Assembly: GCA_051362555.1 (NCBI GenBank)
Contig: CM120646.1
Span: forward strand, 248,001-312,000
DNA: 64,000 bases
Source of the DNA: Lingula anatina
Taxonomy: Eukaryota > Animalia > Brachiopoda
Direction: 5' to 3'
Positions 13,647-26,100 of the stretch are shown one piece after another. Positions within the stretch are counted from its first letter, which is position 1. Every line of letters starts with the position of its first letter. Both the position numbers and the translations under genes were made by a program. The notes beneath the pieces were generated by a model. It had not been told where the DNA came from, searched no databases, and saw only the letters and a list, made by a program, of their open reading frames with translations.

Positions 13647-14590
13647 ACAGTGTGTTTGATGTTACAATGTGTTAGGTATGACAGTGTGTTAGATGTGACA
13701 GTGTGTTAGGTATGACAGTGTGTTAGATGTGACAATGTGTTAGGTATGACAGTGTGTTAGATGTTACAATGTGTTAGGTGTGACAGTGTGTTAGATGTTA
13801 CAATGTGTTAGGTATGACAGTGTGTTAGATGTGACAATGTGTTAGGTATGACAGTGTGTTAGATGTGACAATGTGTTAGGTATGACAGTGTGTTAGGTAT
13901 GACAGTGTGTTAGATGTGACAATGTGTTAGGTATGACAGTGTGTTAGATGTTACAATGTGTTAGGTATGACAGTGTGTTAGATGTGACAATGTGTTAGGT
14001 ATGACAGTGTGTTAGGTATGACAGTGTGTTAGATGTGACAATGTGTTAGGTATGACAGTGTGTTAGATGTGACAATGTGTTAGGTGTGACAGTGTGTTAG
14101 ATGTTACAATGTGTTAGGTATGACATTGTGTTAGATATATAATGTGTTAGGTATGACATTGTGTTAGATGTTACAATGTGTTAGGTATGACATTGTGTTA
14201 GATGTTACAATGTGTTAGGTATGACAGTGTGTTAGATGTTACAATGTGTTAGGTATGACAGTGTGTTAGATGTTACAATGTGTTAGGTATGACAGTGTGT
14301 TAGATGTTACAATGTGTTAGGTATGACAGTGTGTTAGATGTTACAATGTGTTAGGTATGACAGTGTGTTAGATGTTACAATGTGTTAGGTATGACAGTGT
14401 GTTAGATGTTACAATGTGTTAGGTATGACAGTGTGTTAGATGTTACAATGTGTTAGGTATGACAGTGTGTTTGATGTGACAGTGTGTTAGGTATGACAGT
14501 GTGTTAGATGTTACAATGTGTTAGGTGTGACTGTGTGCTTGATGTGACATTGCGCTAAATGTGGCACTGTGTAAGATGTGACAGTGTGTG
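13647..14590. repeat. 17-bp minisatellite with 34-bp dimeric period (gacagtgtgttagatgt-tacaatgtgttaggtat)
   Basis: Two alternating unit variants read directly; ends degenerate. Confidence 0.95.
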
Positions 14591-16968
14591 AAGTCATATC
14601 TTATAAATAGTTTGCAGATATTCAGAGATAAAAGCTTGTTTCTTTCCCTTTTAAATGATAGAAAAGAGTTCAGAAAGTTACTCAATTTGATCTGAAGCCA
14701 TCTAGAGTGGGAGAAAGAGAAGGGCTTTCTTCCAGTTTTAAGCATTCAGTCCCCATCTCTGAGTATCACACCATTTTATCTTACTTAGCAGACAGTTAAT
14801 GTCTAAACAGCAATGAAATAGCAATATCTGAGGGTTCAAGCATAGTCCAGTAACTCCATATCAACTAATCCAATCAGTGACCATGAACTATGGGCCCTGA
14901 GCTGTTAACCATGTCTAATTATCAATACTAACAGCATTTCACCCATCTCGTGAATTAAATCAGGGCTCCACTGACGTAACAGGACCTCATGTACTTATTG
15001 CTCTATGTGAGAGAGATATCTGGTTATTATCAATAAGAATAAATCAGATTATTGGTACATTTGGTGAAATAACATAAAGGCTTTGAATGTGTCATCAGAA
15101 CTGTAGAATATAGATGGGATGTAAAGATAAGGGAATAAAAAGAGTTTTAAAGAAAATCAGATGTAAAATTTTATGAAATGCAATATAATAACACAATCAT
15201 GAGATGCCATAAAAGTCAACAGAATGAAAAAGCATCCTGACCAACTGTTATGCAGTCGTTCCATCCCATAATTTCAGTCCTGGAGGGAGGATTGTCTCAC
15301 ACTCTCTGCGGGGTCAGTCTTCAGCTGTGCCCTCTACTGGGACTTTCAACTCATTTTCACTTCTTTTTTTTCTGAACTTGATATTATACAGTCTACAGGG
15401 CCTGGGCAATGTGGGGGGGGGGGGGTCTGCGTTCTTGACGTATTTGTTAATATTTAGTCTTCTCAAAACATTTCTAAAGATAATTTAGCAATTAATTCAT
15501 GTTGTTAATTGAGATCATCTGCTTTTTGATATATGCCTATTAGTAAAAGTAATTGCTTTTTAAATTACTAACATTTCAACAAAGTACTTTGTAGTAAATT
15601 ATAGTCTTAGTGTTGTTGGTTGTACCTTGAAGGCATACATTCCCAGTAGCATTCATAACTATGATGTAACAGAAGTTGATTAATGTTAACACTTTATAGA
15701 TTATACAATGTAAGGAATGTATATCTTATACAAAATATTAATATATGAGACTGTGATAAGTATTATATATACTACAGTATTTATGGGATTTGGCATCAGC
15801 TTATATTTTAAGGTACATTGGCACTGTTCATCATCAAAATCATCTTCTGACTTTCTATTATCAGACATTTGGCAACATTTCCATCTAGCTCCATATCAGT
15901 CACTTCTTGCTTCTGTCTTCTCTCTCAGCTGCTTCTGGTTTCTTGTGGTTTCATGGTCCCCCAAGTTTTCAGGATCTCCCAGGGTTTCATGGTCCCCCAG
16001 GTTTTGAGGATCCCCCAGGGTTTCTGTCTTAGCTGTCCCAGGGTTTCAGTCCCTGATCATCCATATATTGTGACAGGACATACGGTTAGTTTTCATTTTT
16101 GTCTGCCAGCAGTGTTTTTACATATTTGCTTTTAACTCATTATATTTGAAAGAAATTGTTTAATTGGGTTGCTCACAACTTTTTTTGCTTACAATATTCC
16201 AAAAGCCGATAAAGACATTTTTAGACTCAAAATTGGCTTCACGTCAAAGAGAACATTTGATAGAGCAAGAAATGATAAACCTAAGACTTGAAAAGGTATA
16301 TTTTGAACTAAGTAAGTTAATTAAAATCTGTAAGGAATTACTGTATTTGGTAAAAGTATTCTTGCAGTGCCACACTTGTATTTGTCAAGCAAATAGAAAG
16401 AATAGAAAAAAAATACACCAGAGAATTGAAGTTTCTCGTTGGTTGGGCAGCAGATAGTTAATCAATGTTCCAGAAGTAATGTAGAATCTGGGGAATGGCC
16501 TTCTGATTCAATTTACTACTTATTAAACTTCAAATCCTAATATTGTGCTATGTTACAATGGCCACATGTAAAAAAACTGGTCTTCTGGGGAGAAAGAGGA
16601 ATCTCATACGAGATGTAAACCATACCATGTATTGATCAAAATGGTTGTCTCCAGTTCGGACCCGTCATATTGGAACAAATTACTCAGAATTGAAGAATGT
16701 CCAATTATGACAGTTTGTTCATTAACTTGACATTGCTTATCACTGGATGGGGAGCAATTATGACATGTTTCTGAGTTAATTATCATGGGATAGTTGATGA
16801 AGTCAGCCCTCAGTAGCCCCTCAGTGGAGTTTTGATACCTTAAACGGGAATGTTAAGACCAAGGCAGATGTTATCAGACTGTCATATGAGTGCCTAGGAG
16901 AAAATTTGATTGAATTTATAAATTGTTGTGTTGCAGACACATGGCTTTTATTTCCTTCTCTGAGGGGT

Positions 16969-16971
<3 letters not shown>

Positions 16972-17019
<48 letters not shown>
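16972..17019. repeat. (CT)n microsatellite
   Basis: Pure dinucleotide run. Confidence 0.95.
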
Positions 17020-17021
<2 letters not shown>

Positions 17022-17574
17022 TACAGTTTTCAGAAGTCATTTGCAGTGAATTGTTATTTTGAAGTCCAGGCAATGAATACATGATTATAATCTTGTTTTA
17101 ATGTCACTTTAATACCCATTTAATGGGAACTGACATTTACCTGTCTAGATTTTGGGCGAGACCAGCTGGTAGATGGCACTGTCTCTATCTAGATTGTTTT
17201 ATTACATGGTTAGACCTCCTCAGGGAACCGAGACAGCAATCCAATTTTACACACCATTTACCATATCCTGGTTAGAGAAGCACTGGGCCCAGTGGTTCCT
17301 CTATTGGAAGGCATGTCACTGTTAACTTTTTCACTTCAGAACAGGAGGGAAATTGAGGGGTAGACCCACGCCCGTTATATATGTCTGGAGGGCGAATGAG
17401 ACAGGGTATATACTTCACTCATTAAAAAAACCCTTTATCATGGTTGAGTCTGCCAAATTTAACTCATTAATATTAACCTAATTTTAATTTGAACACCAGA
17501 TTTGTGTGTTTTATGAATTATAAAGCCAGTCGGGTGTTGCTGACTATGTTAGACAACCAGACACATCAACTAAT

Positions 17575-17588
17575 CCCCCCCCCCCCAT

Positions 17589-17620
<32 letters not shown>
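17575..17620. repeat. Poly(C) tract
   Basis: Two C homopolymer runs separated by att. Confidence 0.9.
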
Positions 17621-17730
17621 ACTTCACAGTAAATATTGTCATGCTTCCATTAGCAAGAAGTGAAAAAAATCTTTGGCCTCAAACAATTATAAACCAAATG
17701 ATATCAGGAAGAACATTTTGAAGTTGTTGC

Positions 17731-18720
17731 GATCCATGGACAGTATGACATCTACAATATTATATGTCCCAGTCACAGATAACAGAATATTAACATGGAT
17801 GATCTGTGGACAGTATAACATCTACAATATTTTATGTCCCAGTCCCAGATAACAGAATATTAACATGGATGATCCATGGACAGTATGACATCTACAATAT
17901 TATATGTCCCAGTCACAGATAACAGGCCCCCATTTTACAAAGAATCTTAAATCCGTAGTTGACTAGCTTGAGCTGAATGGCCTAGCTAGGTTGACTACGC
18001 TGCAGTCGACTAGGAGTATTTCACAAAGAATCTAAAGTCGGTGTGCTTACCGTAGTCGACACACACGAGAAACTCTTCAAGAAAAGGAGGTGTAAAATTC
18101 CAAAAGTTTCACAAGACATGATGTTTCATGCCCTCTTTCGGCCTAGAACGATTGTTTATCAACAATAAAAATCAGTCAAAACACAAACAAAGTTTGTTTT
18201 TGAACTTTATTGATTAGTTTAACTTCAGTACAACTTCAAAGTAACAGTTAAACATTAGCTTGTCGTGGAACACTGCTGACGGACGTCTAGCGGTCAAAAA
18301 CATAAACAAACACGCAATCGACTGGGTGAAGTGGCGTTTTATTTTTTATTTCAATATTCCATAAATGTCAGTGCTATGCAAGGATATTATAACACAATAT
18401 CTTGAAGGAGGTATGTTCTTTCCAAATTTTTGTTGTTTATGCTCTCATTTACCGACTTTTAGTTGAGCTTGCCAACTTAAGTCTCCTCCCGAGGAGGCTA
18501 GACATCGTCGACTAGCAGCTAAGAAAAAAATGACGTAAGCAACCTTTTAGATTCTTTGTGAAACGGGACTTAGTGACGTAACAACTTAATTACGTTGGTA
18601 TCCAAGCTCTTAGTCAGGGAAACCGACTTAAGTTTTTTTGTGAAACGGGGGCCAGAATATTAACATAGATGACATGTGGACAGTATGATATCCACAATAT
18701 TATATGTCCCAGTGACATAT
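17731..18720. repeat. 70-bp tandem repeat (about 4 units) interrupted by a MITE
   Basis: Unit gatccatggacagtatgacatctacaatattatatgtcccagtcacagataacagaatattaacatggat starts at 17731, 17801, 17871 (split) and 18671 (partial). Confidence 0.9.
17926..18652. mobile_element. PIF/Harbinger-like MITE, 727 bp, CAG target-site duplication
   Basis: TIRs gcccccattttacaaagaatcttaa / ttaagtttttttgtgaaacgggggc; subterminal inverted copies (ttcacaaagaatctaaa ~18020 / tttagattctttgtgaa ~18546); CAG at 17923-17925 and 18653-18655; neighbouring repeat units show the empty site aaCAGaat. Confidence 0.85.
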
Positions 18721-19716
18721 TACTAGTACATTATATCAGTATATTAACATGGTCAGAGAGGAATAGACTGCTGACCCATTGAGGCTACTTTTTTCAGTTC
18801 AGTTCATTCATTGTAATTCAGTTATCCCCTAAGTAAATTAAAGTAATCACTTGCATGTTTGACTGGCTTCAAAAGTAAACCACATTAACCTTTTCTACTG
18901 GTCTGTTTCCCCAGGGGGCGTACAAGTCCATCAAAAGGTTTCATAGTTTTGGAATTACTACCAGCTTTCCTATGTACTAGTGCAATCCATCTCAAACTAA
19001 TGGTCCATGTTAAACTACAAATGCTAATTAAGATAAATTGGTTAATAGAAATCAATCATAATTATTAGCTTTAACCAGCTTTTCTTTGATTCACTAAAAA
19101 TTGATTGTGTTTGATTCCTAGAACATGGCAGAGAGATTCCCAAGTATGAGAACCCCGTTATGGATGGCTCTTTTGAAAGTCAAAGTAACACAAATTGAAT
19201 GTTTATTATTTTAGCAACATCACTTTCTAAATTATCTGCTTTGAGTTTGTGTAACTTTATGAGCCTGTTATTTGTAGGATTTATAAAAGTTATATCCATT
19301 TTGTGGAGGAAAGAGTGATGGATATCAAAGAAAGAGGTTAATTCAACAATAGCAGGTTTAATTGTGGAAATGTTAGATTGGTTTAAGACTTCACAGTTTT
19401 GTTCTTATTTACAAATCAGTATAACAGAGGTAAATCAGTTTTCAATTCCCATGAAGTGATACAAATACATGTTATTGCACCTATTGATGGAGCAGAAGTA
19501 ATTTAGATGTTACCTGTTAAAAAGATTGTCTTTAATTATTTTCTATTATTATTATCGTTATTTTTATTGTTATCCTCTTAAAAGTTGTTTCAACACTTTA
19601 GCAACACAGTAAATCAATTACATGCTGTTTAAAAGTGTAGGTTATGAAGTAGGATAAGATCATCTGGTAGCACATCTAATGTCTCTGTTACCACTGTGTT
19701 CGCCCCCATCCTTTTA

Positions 19717-19723
19717 CACACAC

Positions 19724-19771
<48 letters not shown>
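19717..19771. repeat. (CA)n microsatellite
   Basis: Near-pure dinucleotide run. Confidence 0.95.
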
Positions 19772-19773
<2 letters not shown>

Positions 19774-20004
19774 CCAGTACTATTACAATGGACACATATA
19801 ATTCAATCTTAATAACACCACCAGAATGCAGCCAGTGGTCATGTTCACCAGTGACTAAGTAGTATTAATATTGGCAGTCTGTGTTGGCTGTCCTCTAGAG
19901 GTTACTGAGATCAGTGGCTAGGAACATGTTAGAGCACCATGTGGAGAAAGAAATACAGAGTTTGGGCACCTGCTAGTCCTCAGCTAGACTACTCTTCTAC
20001 CTCT

Positions 20005-21035
20005 GGGATGGACTGTATCCCTAATATAATACAGTGTATTTGCCACTGTATGGGGATGGATTGTATCCACAGTATAATACAGTGTATTTGTCACTGTATG
20101 GGGATGGATTGTATCCACAATATAATGCAGTGTATTTGTCACTGTATGGGGATGGATTGTATCCACAATATAATACATTGTATTTGTCACTGTATGGGGA
20201 TGGATTGTATCCACAGTATAATACAGTGTATTTGTCACTGTATGGGGATGGATTGTATCCACAATATAATACAGTGTATTTGTCACTGTATGGGGATGGA
20301 TTGTATCCACAGTATAATACATTGTATTTGTCACTGTATGGAGATGGATTGTATCCACAGTATAATACATTGTATTTGTCACTGTATGGAGATGGATTGT
20401 ATCCACAGTATAATACATTGTATTTGTCACTGTATGGAGATGGATTGTATCCACAGTATAATACAGTGTATTTGTCACTGTATGGGGATGGATTGTATCC
20501 ACTATATAATACAGTGTATTATATAATACAGTGTATTTGTCACTGTATGGGGATGGATTGTATCCACTATATAATACAGTGTATTTGTCACTGTATGGGG
20601 ATGGATTGTATCCACAGTATAATACAGTGTATTTGCCACTGTATGGGGATGTATTGTATCCACAGTATAATACATTGTATTTGTCACTGTATGGGGATGG
20701 ATTGTATCCACAGTATAATACATTGTATTTGTCACTGTATGGGGATGGATTGTATCCACAGTATAATACATTGTATTTGTCACTGTATGGGGATGGATTG
20801 TATCCCTAATATAATACAGTATATTTGTCACTGTATGGGGATGTATTGTATCCACAGTATAATACAGTGTATTTGTCACTGTATGGGGATGTATTGTATC
20901 CACAATATAATGCAGTGTATTTGTCACTGTATGGGGATGGATTGTATCCACAATATAATGCAGTGTATTTGTCACTGTATGGGGATGGATTGTATCCACT
21001 ATATAATACAGTGTATTTGTCACTGTATGGGGATG
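20005..21035. repeat. 45-bp minisatellite (~23 units; ggggatggattgtatccacagtataatacagtgtatttgtcactgtat-type)
   Basis: 15-aa periodic ORFs on both strands; one truncated unit near 20520. Confidence 0.97.
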
Positions 21036-21158
21036 CTTGCATGTGTATATGTGTCTTGTTCATTCTTTCTAAAATACAGCTTTGTCTGGTTCTTTTCACC
21101 AGTAAATTTTCTCTCTCTCTCTCTCTCATGGTAACAACTGTCCCTGTCCTTCCCAGTG

Positions 21159-21250
21159 TTGGATTATCTAGACCTATGTTGGATTATCTAGACCTGTGTG
21201 GGATTATCTAGACCTATGTTGGATTATCTAGACCTGTGTGGGACTATCTA
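21159..21250. repeat. 20-21-bp tandem repeat (ggattatctagacctatgtt)
   Basis: About 4.5 units. Confidence 0.85.
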
Positions 21251-22001
21251 TATCAGGTGTGCAGTGCACAGTTCTAGAACGGACATTACATTGGTAGATC
21301 TTGATATATATTAATAGAAAGCCACAATAATCAAGCTGTGTTGAAAGTTCCAAATATAGACTTGATTACTTTCGTTTCCCTGAGGATTTATCTGATATAA
21401 TTGCTGGTGTGAAGATGTATAGGATTTATTTTTTATTTTGTGACTGTGACACATGACTGCTGTAGTTTTCACTGTGAAGTACATCACTTTAATGTTAGAC
21501 AGACACATAAATGAAATTCTTCAATTGTCAATTTTCACTTTATCGTCTTTCACTTTCAGTGCTACAATGCAATGTCCAGGGATCAAAATTGTCTGCTTTG
21601 TGAAGAATTTCTCACTTTTTATGCAAGAAATTTCTTTTCATAGTTCAGAAAATTGCTGAAGTAGCATTCCCATCACCCCACAGTATAGCTATTATCACAC
21701 TATAAGAATACCATGTCACAAAATGTTCTGTCAGTTGTAATCTAGAAGTTATAACTGTAATCTATCTAGTCCACAGTTATCCAAAGATATTTTATGATGT
21801 CTAGATGAAATAATGCTTGAGTAAAAGTCCTTTGATTTTTTCTAGGTAAAAAGTGGGAACGTAAACTAAAAAAATTTGGTAACACTGGTACTGATGATAA
21901 TAAAATATCCAATGCTGCCAGCTCTTGCTGCAGAGAGTAGTTCTATGATAATACATCAGCCTTGAGATCTGTCCTGAGAACCATGCTTCACTCTCTCTCA
22001 G

Positions 22002-22527
22002 AACTCCACACAATCATATCTAACAACTCTGGGTCATTTATTCTTCGACCAACAACCTCTTGGAAATCCTCAACCGGGGCCTCTGTGATTAACTACCTAG
22101 CCCAGTCAATCTACTTTACATCGGAAGTGTTGGGTATCCTTATTTATGTGTCAGTTACATGACTAGTGTCCTGCAAGTGGATATTTTCATGTGTGATGAA
22201 TGGTCGTAAGTGAGTGGCTAGAGATATTTTATTCATAGGATGGTATAGGCTGCTCACTCAGGGGGGAGTTGATTAAGACTTACAAAGAAATTAATCAGAC
22301 TGTAACGGTGAAGTTTATTCCTGATTTTTGGAGAGAGAGAGAGAGGAGAGGAGGGTAATCTATACCCACACAAGATCTCACAAAAGTGAGATAATGGAGG
22401 AAAAGTTTTATGTTGAGTGAAAATGGTGCTTATTTTATCAGTGCATTATATTACATGAAGGAAAATATTGTAAGCAGAATAGAAGATCACCAATCCAATT
22501 GTACTGTTGTTTTATAAAAGAAAAATA
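22002..22527 (+). repeat. Left copy of 526-bp direct repeat flanking the LINE (putative TSD)
   Basis: aactccacacaatc...tttataaaagaaaaata; no differences seen by eye from 27456-27981. Confidence 0.95.
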
Positions 22528-22869
22528 GCACAGATAACACTCCGGGATGATGACATTCTAGCAGTACATCGTATACCTGGGGCAAAAACACAACAACCGA
22601 GACCTATAATTTTACGAGTGAATAACACGGAGACAAAAGCCAAAATTATGAGGTGCAGAAGGGCAATGAAAACCTCGAGGCAAAACTTGAGACTGGCAGA
22701 TGACGTCACAAAAAAGAACGCGCAACTTATCCAGCGCCTCGTTAGCCACCCTGAAATTGACCAAGCATGGTACTTTAATGGGTCAGTCTATGGTCGGCCG
22801 AAAGACAGCACAAAAAGGGTGAAATTTGACCTGCACGATGATATTAATTTAAAGATAAGAAACGCTTGA
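22528..22869 (+). CDS. LINE ORF1 protein, C-terminal fragment (5'-truncated)
   Basis: AQITLRDDDILAVHRIPG...PRPIILRV...LRLADDVTKKN...AWYFNGSVY resembles the RRM/C-terminal region of L1-type ORF1p. The tracked start at 22507 lies in host flank and is not a real start. Confidence 0.8.
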   Translation, partial: AQITLRDDDILAVHRIPGAKTQQPRPIILRVNNTETKAKIMRCRRAMKTSRQNLRLADDVTKKNAQLIQRLVSHPEIDQAWYFNGSVYGRPKDSTKRVKFDLHDDINLKIRNA

Positions 22870-23187
22870 GCATGAACTTTATTTCTCCCTTTTCCATTTT
22901 CCTCTTGCTTTAATTTCGCACATAAAACCAATTGTCGCACAAAACTGAACGCTCTCCCATGTGCGTTTTCCTATATGTAGTATATTGTGTGAGTGTATGT
23001 TTGTGTTTAAATGAGGTGAGTAAGTGGATAATGGCCCTGCGTAAGACTGAGATTGTGTACGAAAGTAAAAGTGTGCACGTGATACATGTCTGTTTGTTAA
23101 GCGATGAAAAGAATGGTGTGACTCATTGTCGTACATACATATATATCAACGAAAACGTTATGTCTGTCAATACATTAAAATGCTTTT

Positions 23188-26100
23188 ATGAGTTTTGATT
23201 TTAGTATATTATCCTTAAATGTCCGGGGGCTAAATAACTTTAAAAAAAGAAAGGGAGTATTTAGGTGGCTACATAAAAGGCCTGAAAATGTTTTCCTCCT
23301 ACAAGAAACCTACAGCTCGCAGAAAGTCGAAAAATTATGGCGCGCTCAGTGGGGTGGAAAGGTTTGGTATAATCATGGTACTGGGCATAGCAAAGGGGTC
23401 ATGATTTTATTTAAAAATAACATAGAATATGACATTATAGACACAGTTACAGACCCGGATGGTCGTCTTCTAGGCGTGAAAATTAAAATTGGTACGAGCA
23501 CTTTTCTTATGTGTAATATATATGCCCCAAATCAAATAAATGAACAAGTTGAATTTTACAGATTTCTCTATAAAGAACTAGCTAAATATGAATCTGATTA
23601 TGTAATTATAGGGGGTGACTTCAACTGCACATTGTCCAAGCTAGATAAACATGGTGGACTGTCCACACACATTAAAGATAAAGTTATACATGAAATACAA
23701 AGTATTATGAAAAAATATCATTTAAATGACACATGGAGAAAGTTCCATGGTGCAGAAAGAAGATACACATGGAAAAACTCCGAATCAAAAATTTCCTGCA
23801 GACTAGACTACTGGATAACATCTAACGAACTTATAGAAAATTGTTTTATAGAAAAGGCGGAGATACTGTACGCACCTTACACTGATCATGATGCAATATC
23901 TTTGTTTTTAAAGACAAAAGATGTGACAGTTAGAGGGCGAGGGTTTTGGAAACACAATAATACTTTACTAGGAGACGAAAGATATATTAACGAAATGAAA
24001 ATTGTAATTAATGAAGCAAAAAACAGATACAATTACTTAGAGGACCGTGGTTTAGCATTTGATATGATAACCATGGAAATACGGCAGTTTTCAATAAAAT
24101 TTTCAAAGCAAAAATCTAAACAACATAGAGAAAATGAAAGAGACATTTGGAAAAAAATCAACGTGCTACAAGCCGAGATAGACAATCAATTTAATAAAGA
24201 AAAAGCTAAAGAATTAGAAAAACTTAAGACTGAATATGATTTAATCTTAGAAGCTAAAACTGAAGGTGCAATAATGCGCAGTAAAGTGAGATGGTACGAA
24301 AAGGGCGAACGCAATACAAATTACTTTATCAACTTGGAAAAACGGAATCGGGTCAGAAATACAATTACAAAACTAATTAATGATACACTAACAGTAACTA
24401 ACGATAAAGATATTCTACAAGAACAGGAAAAGTTTTATGAAAATTTGTACACCTCACAGAACACTACCTTTAACGAGAGAATCTCAAACAAATTTTTCAA
24501 TGTACAAAACATACCCCAAATTCCAAACGACCTAAAAATCGCATGTGAAGGAAAGCTAACCATCAACGAGTGCAAAAACGCACTCAAAGAACTTACAAAA
24601 AAGAAGAATAAAACCCCGGGTGTCGATGGGCTCTCCGCAGAATTTTACATGAAATTCTGGGAAGAATTAGGAGAGGAAATTGCAGACTGTTTGAATTTTG
24701 CTTTTGAAACTGGTCAGTTAAATATTAGCCAACGGCAGGGTATAATAACTCTAATTCCCAAAAAAGACAAGGATAGACACCGTTTGGAAAACTGGCGACC
24801 TATTTCTTTGCTAAGCGTAAGCTACAAAATAGCCGCAAAAGCACTTGCAAAACGAATGGAAATGACTTTACCAACCATTATCAACAAAAACCAAACCGGG
24901 TACGTTAAAAAAAGATATATCGGTGAAAATATAAGACTCATCTGGGATCTTATGTACTCAACAAAAAGGCAAAATAAAGAAGGGATGGCAATTTTCTTAG
25001 ATTTTAAAAAAGCGTTCGATTGCATTGAATGGGAATTTATAAAAAAATGCCTGAAAATATTCAACTTTGGCCCTGACTTCATTCAGTGGTTTGACATTAT
25101 GTACGCCAATGCTTCCAGTTGTATTACAAACAACGGATATTCCTCGCGATTCTTTTCAATTACAAGAGGTGTAAGACAAGGATGCCCACTGTCCGGCCCT
25201 CTATTCGTGCTGGCCGTAGAAATACTAGCCTGCGCAATACGCGCAGATCCATCCATACGGGGAATTACTATTGATCGTCATGAACACAAATTATGCCAAT
25301 ATGCCGACGATACAACGCTATTTCTAAATGATGTTGGGTCCGCTAAAAACGCATTGAAATTAATATCTGAATTCAAACAAATTTCTGGTTTAGAACTAAA
25401 CTTGAGCAAGTCCGAAGCCCTGTGGCTTGGAAGCAATAGATTCAACGACGAAAAGCCCCTCGGGTTGCTATGGCCGGATAGACCAATAAAAGCTCTCGGA
25501 ATTCATTTCTCTTACGATTACGAAAGCTGCAGGTTTCTAGACTTCGATAGTAAAGTTGATCAAATTGAAAAGCTGCTTAACCTTTGGTCCAGCAGAGACC
25601 TCACATGGATTGGAAAGATACAAATACTGAAAACATTGGGTCTGGCTAAACTGGTTTATGCTAATACAGTTCTTGAGACCCCAAATGATATTATTTTGAG
25701 GATAGATGCTTTATTCAAAAAATTTCTATGGAATGATAAAAAACCAAAATTAAAGCAAAATACATTAATAGCCCCAAAGAGTAAAGGTGGTTTAAATTTG
25801 ACGCATGTGCCATCGCACGTGCGGTCTCTGAAGGCCTCAATGGTTAAGCGCATAATGTTAGCTGACAACGATGATCCGTGGGTTATAAACATACTGAAAT
25901 ATTTAAGAAGTGTGGGAGGAAAACTTATTTTCAGTTGTAATTATGAACTGAAGAATATTAACATTTCGGACATACCACCTTTTTACGTAACCATGCTAGA
26001 TGCATGGAGTGATTTAATACAAACAGACCCTAATAATGCCTCCGATATAAAGAAACAGATAATATGGAATAATAGATTCATACTTGTAAACAAAAAGTCA

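Noticed and set aside
19939-21211. Periodic ORFs (CICHCMGMD..., YLSLYGDGLYPQ...) resembling metal-binding or shell proteins
   Set aside because: Translations of a 45-bp minisatellite on both strands, with no exon boundaries.
22507-22527. ORF-track start (TTG) for ORF1
   Set aside because: Lies in the duplicated host flank; chance in-frame read-through into truncated ORF1.
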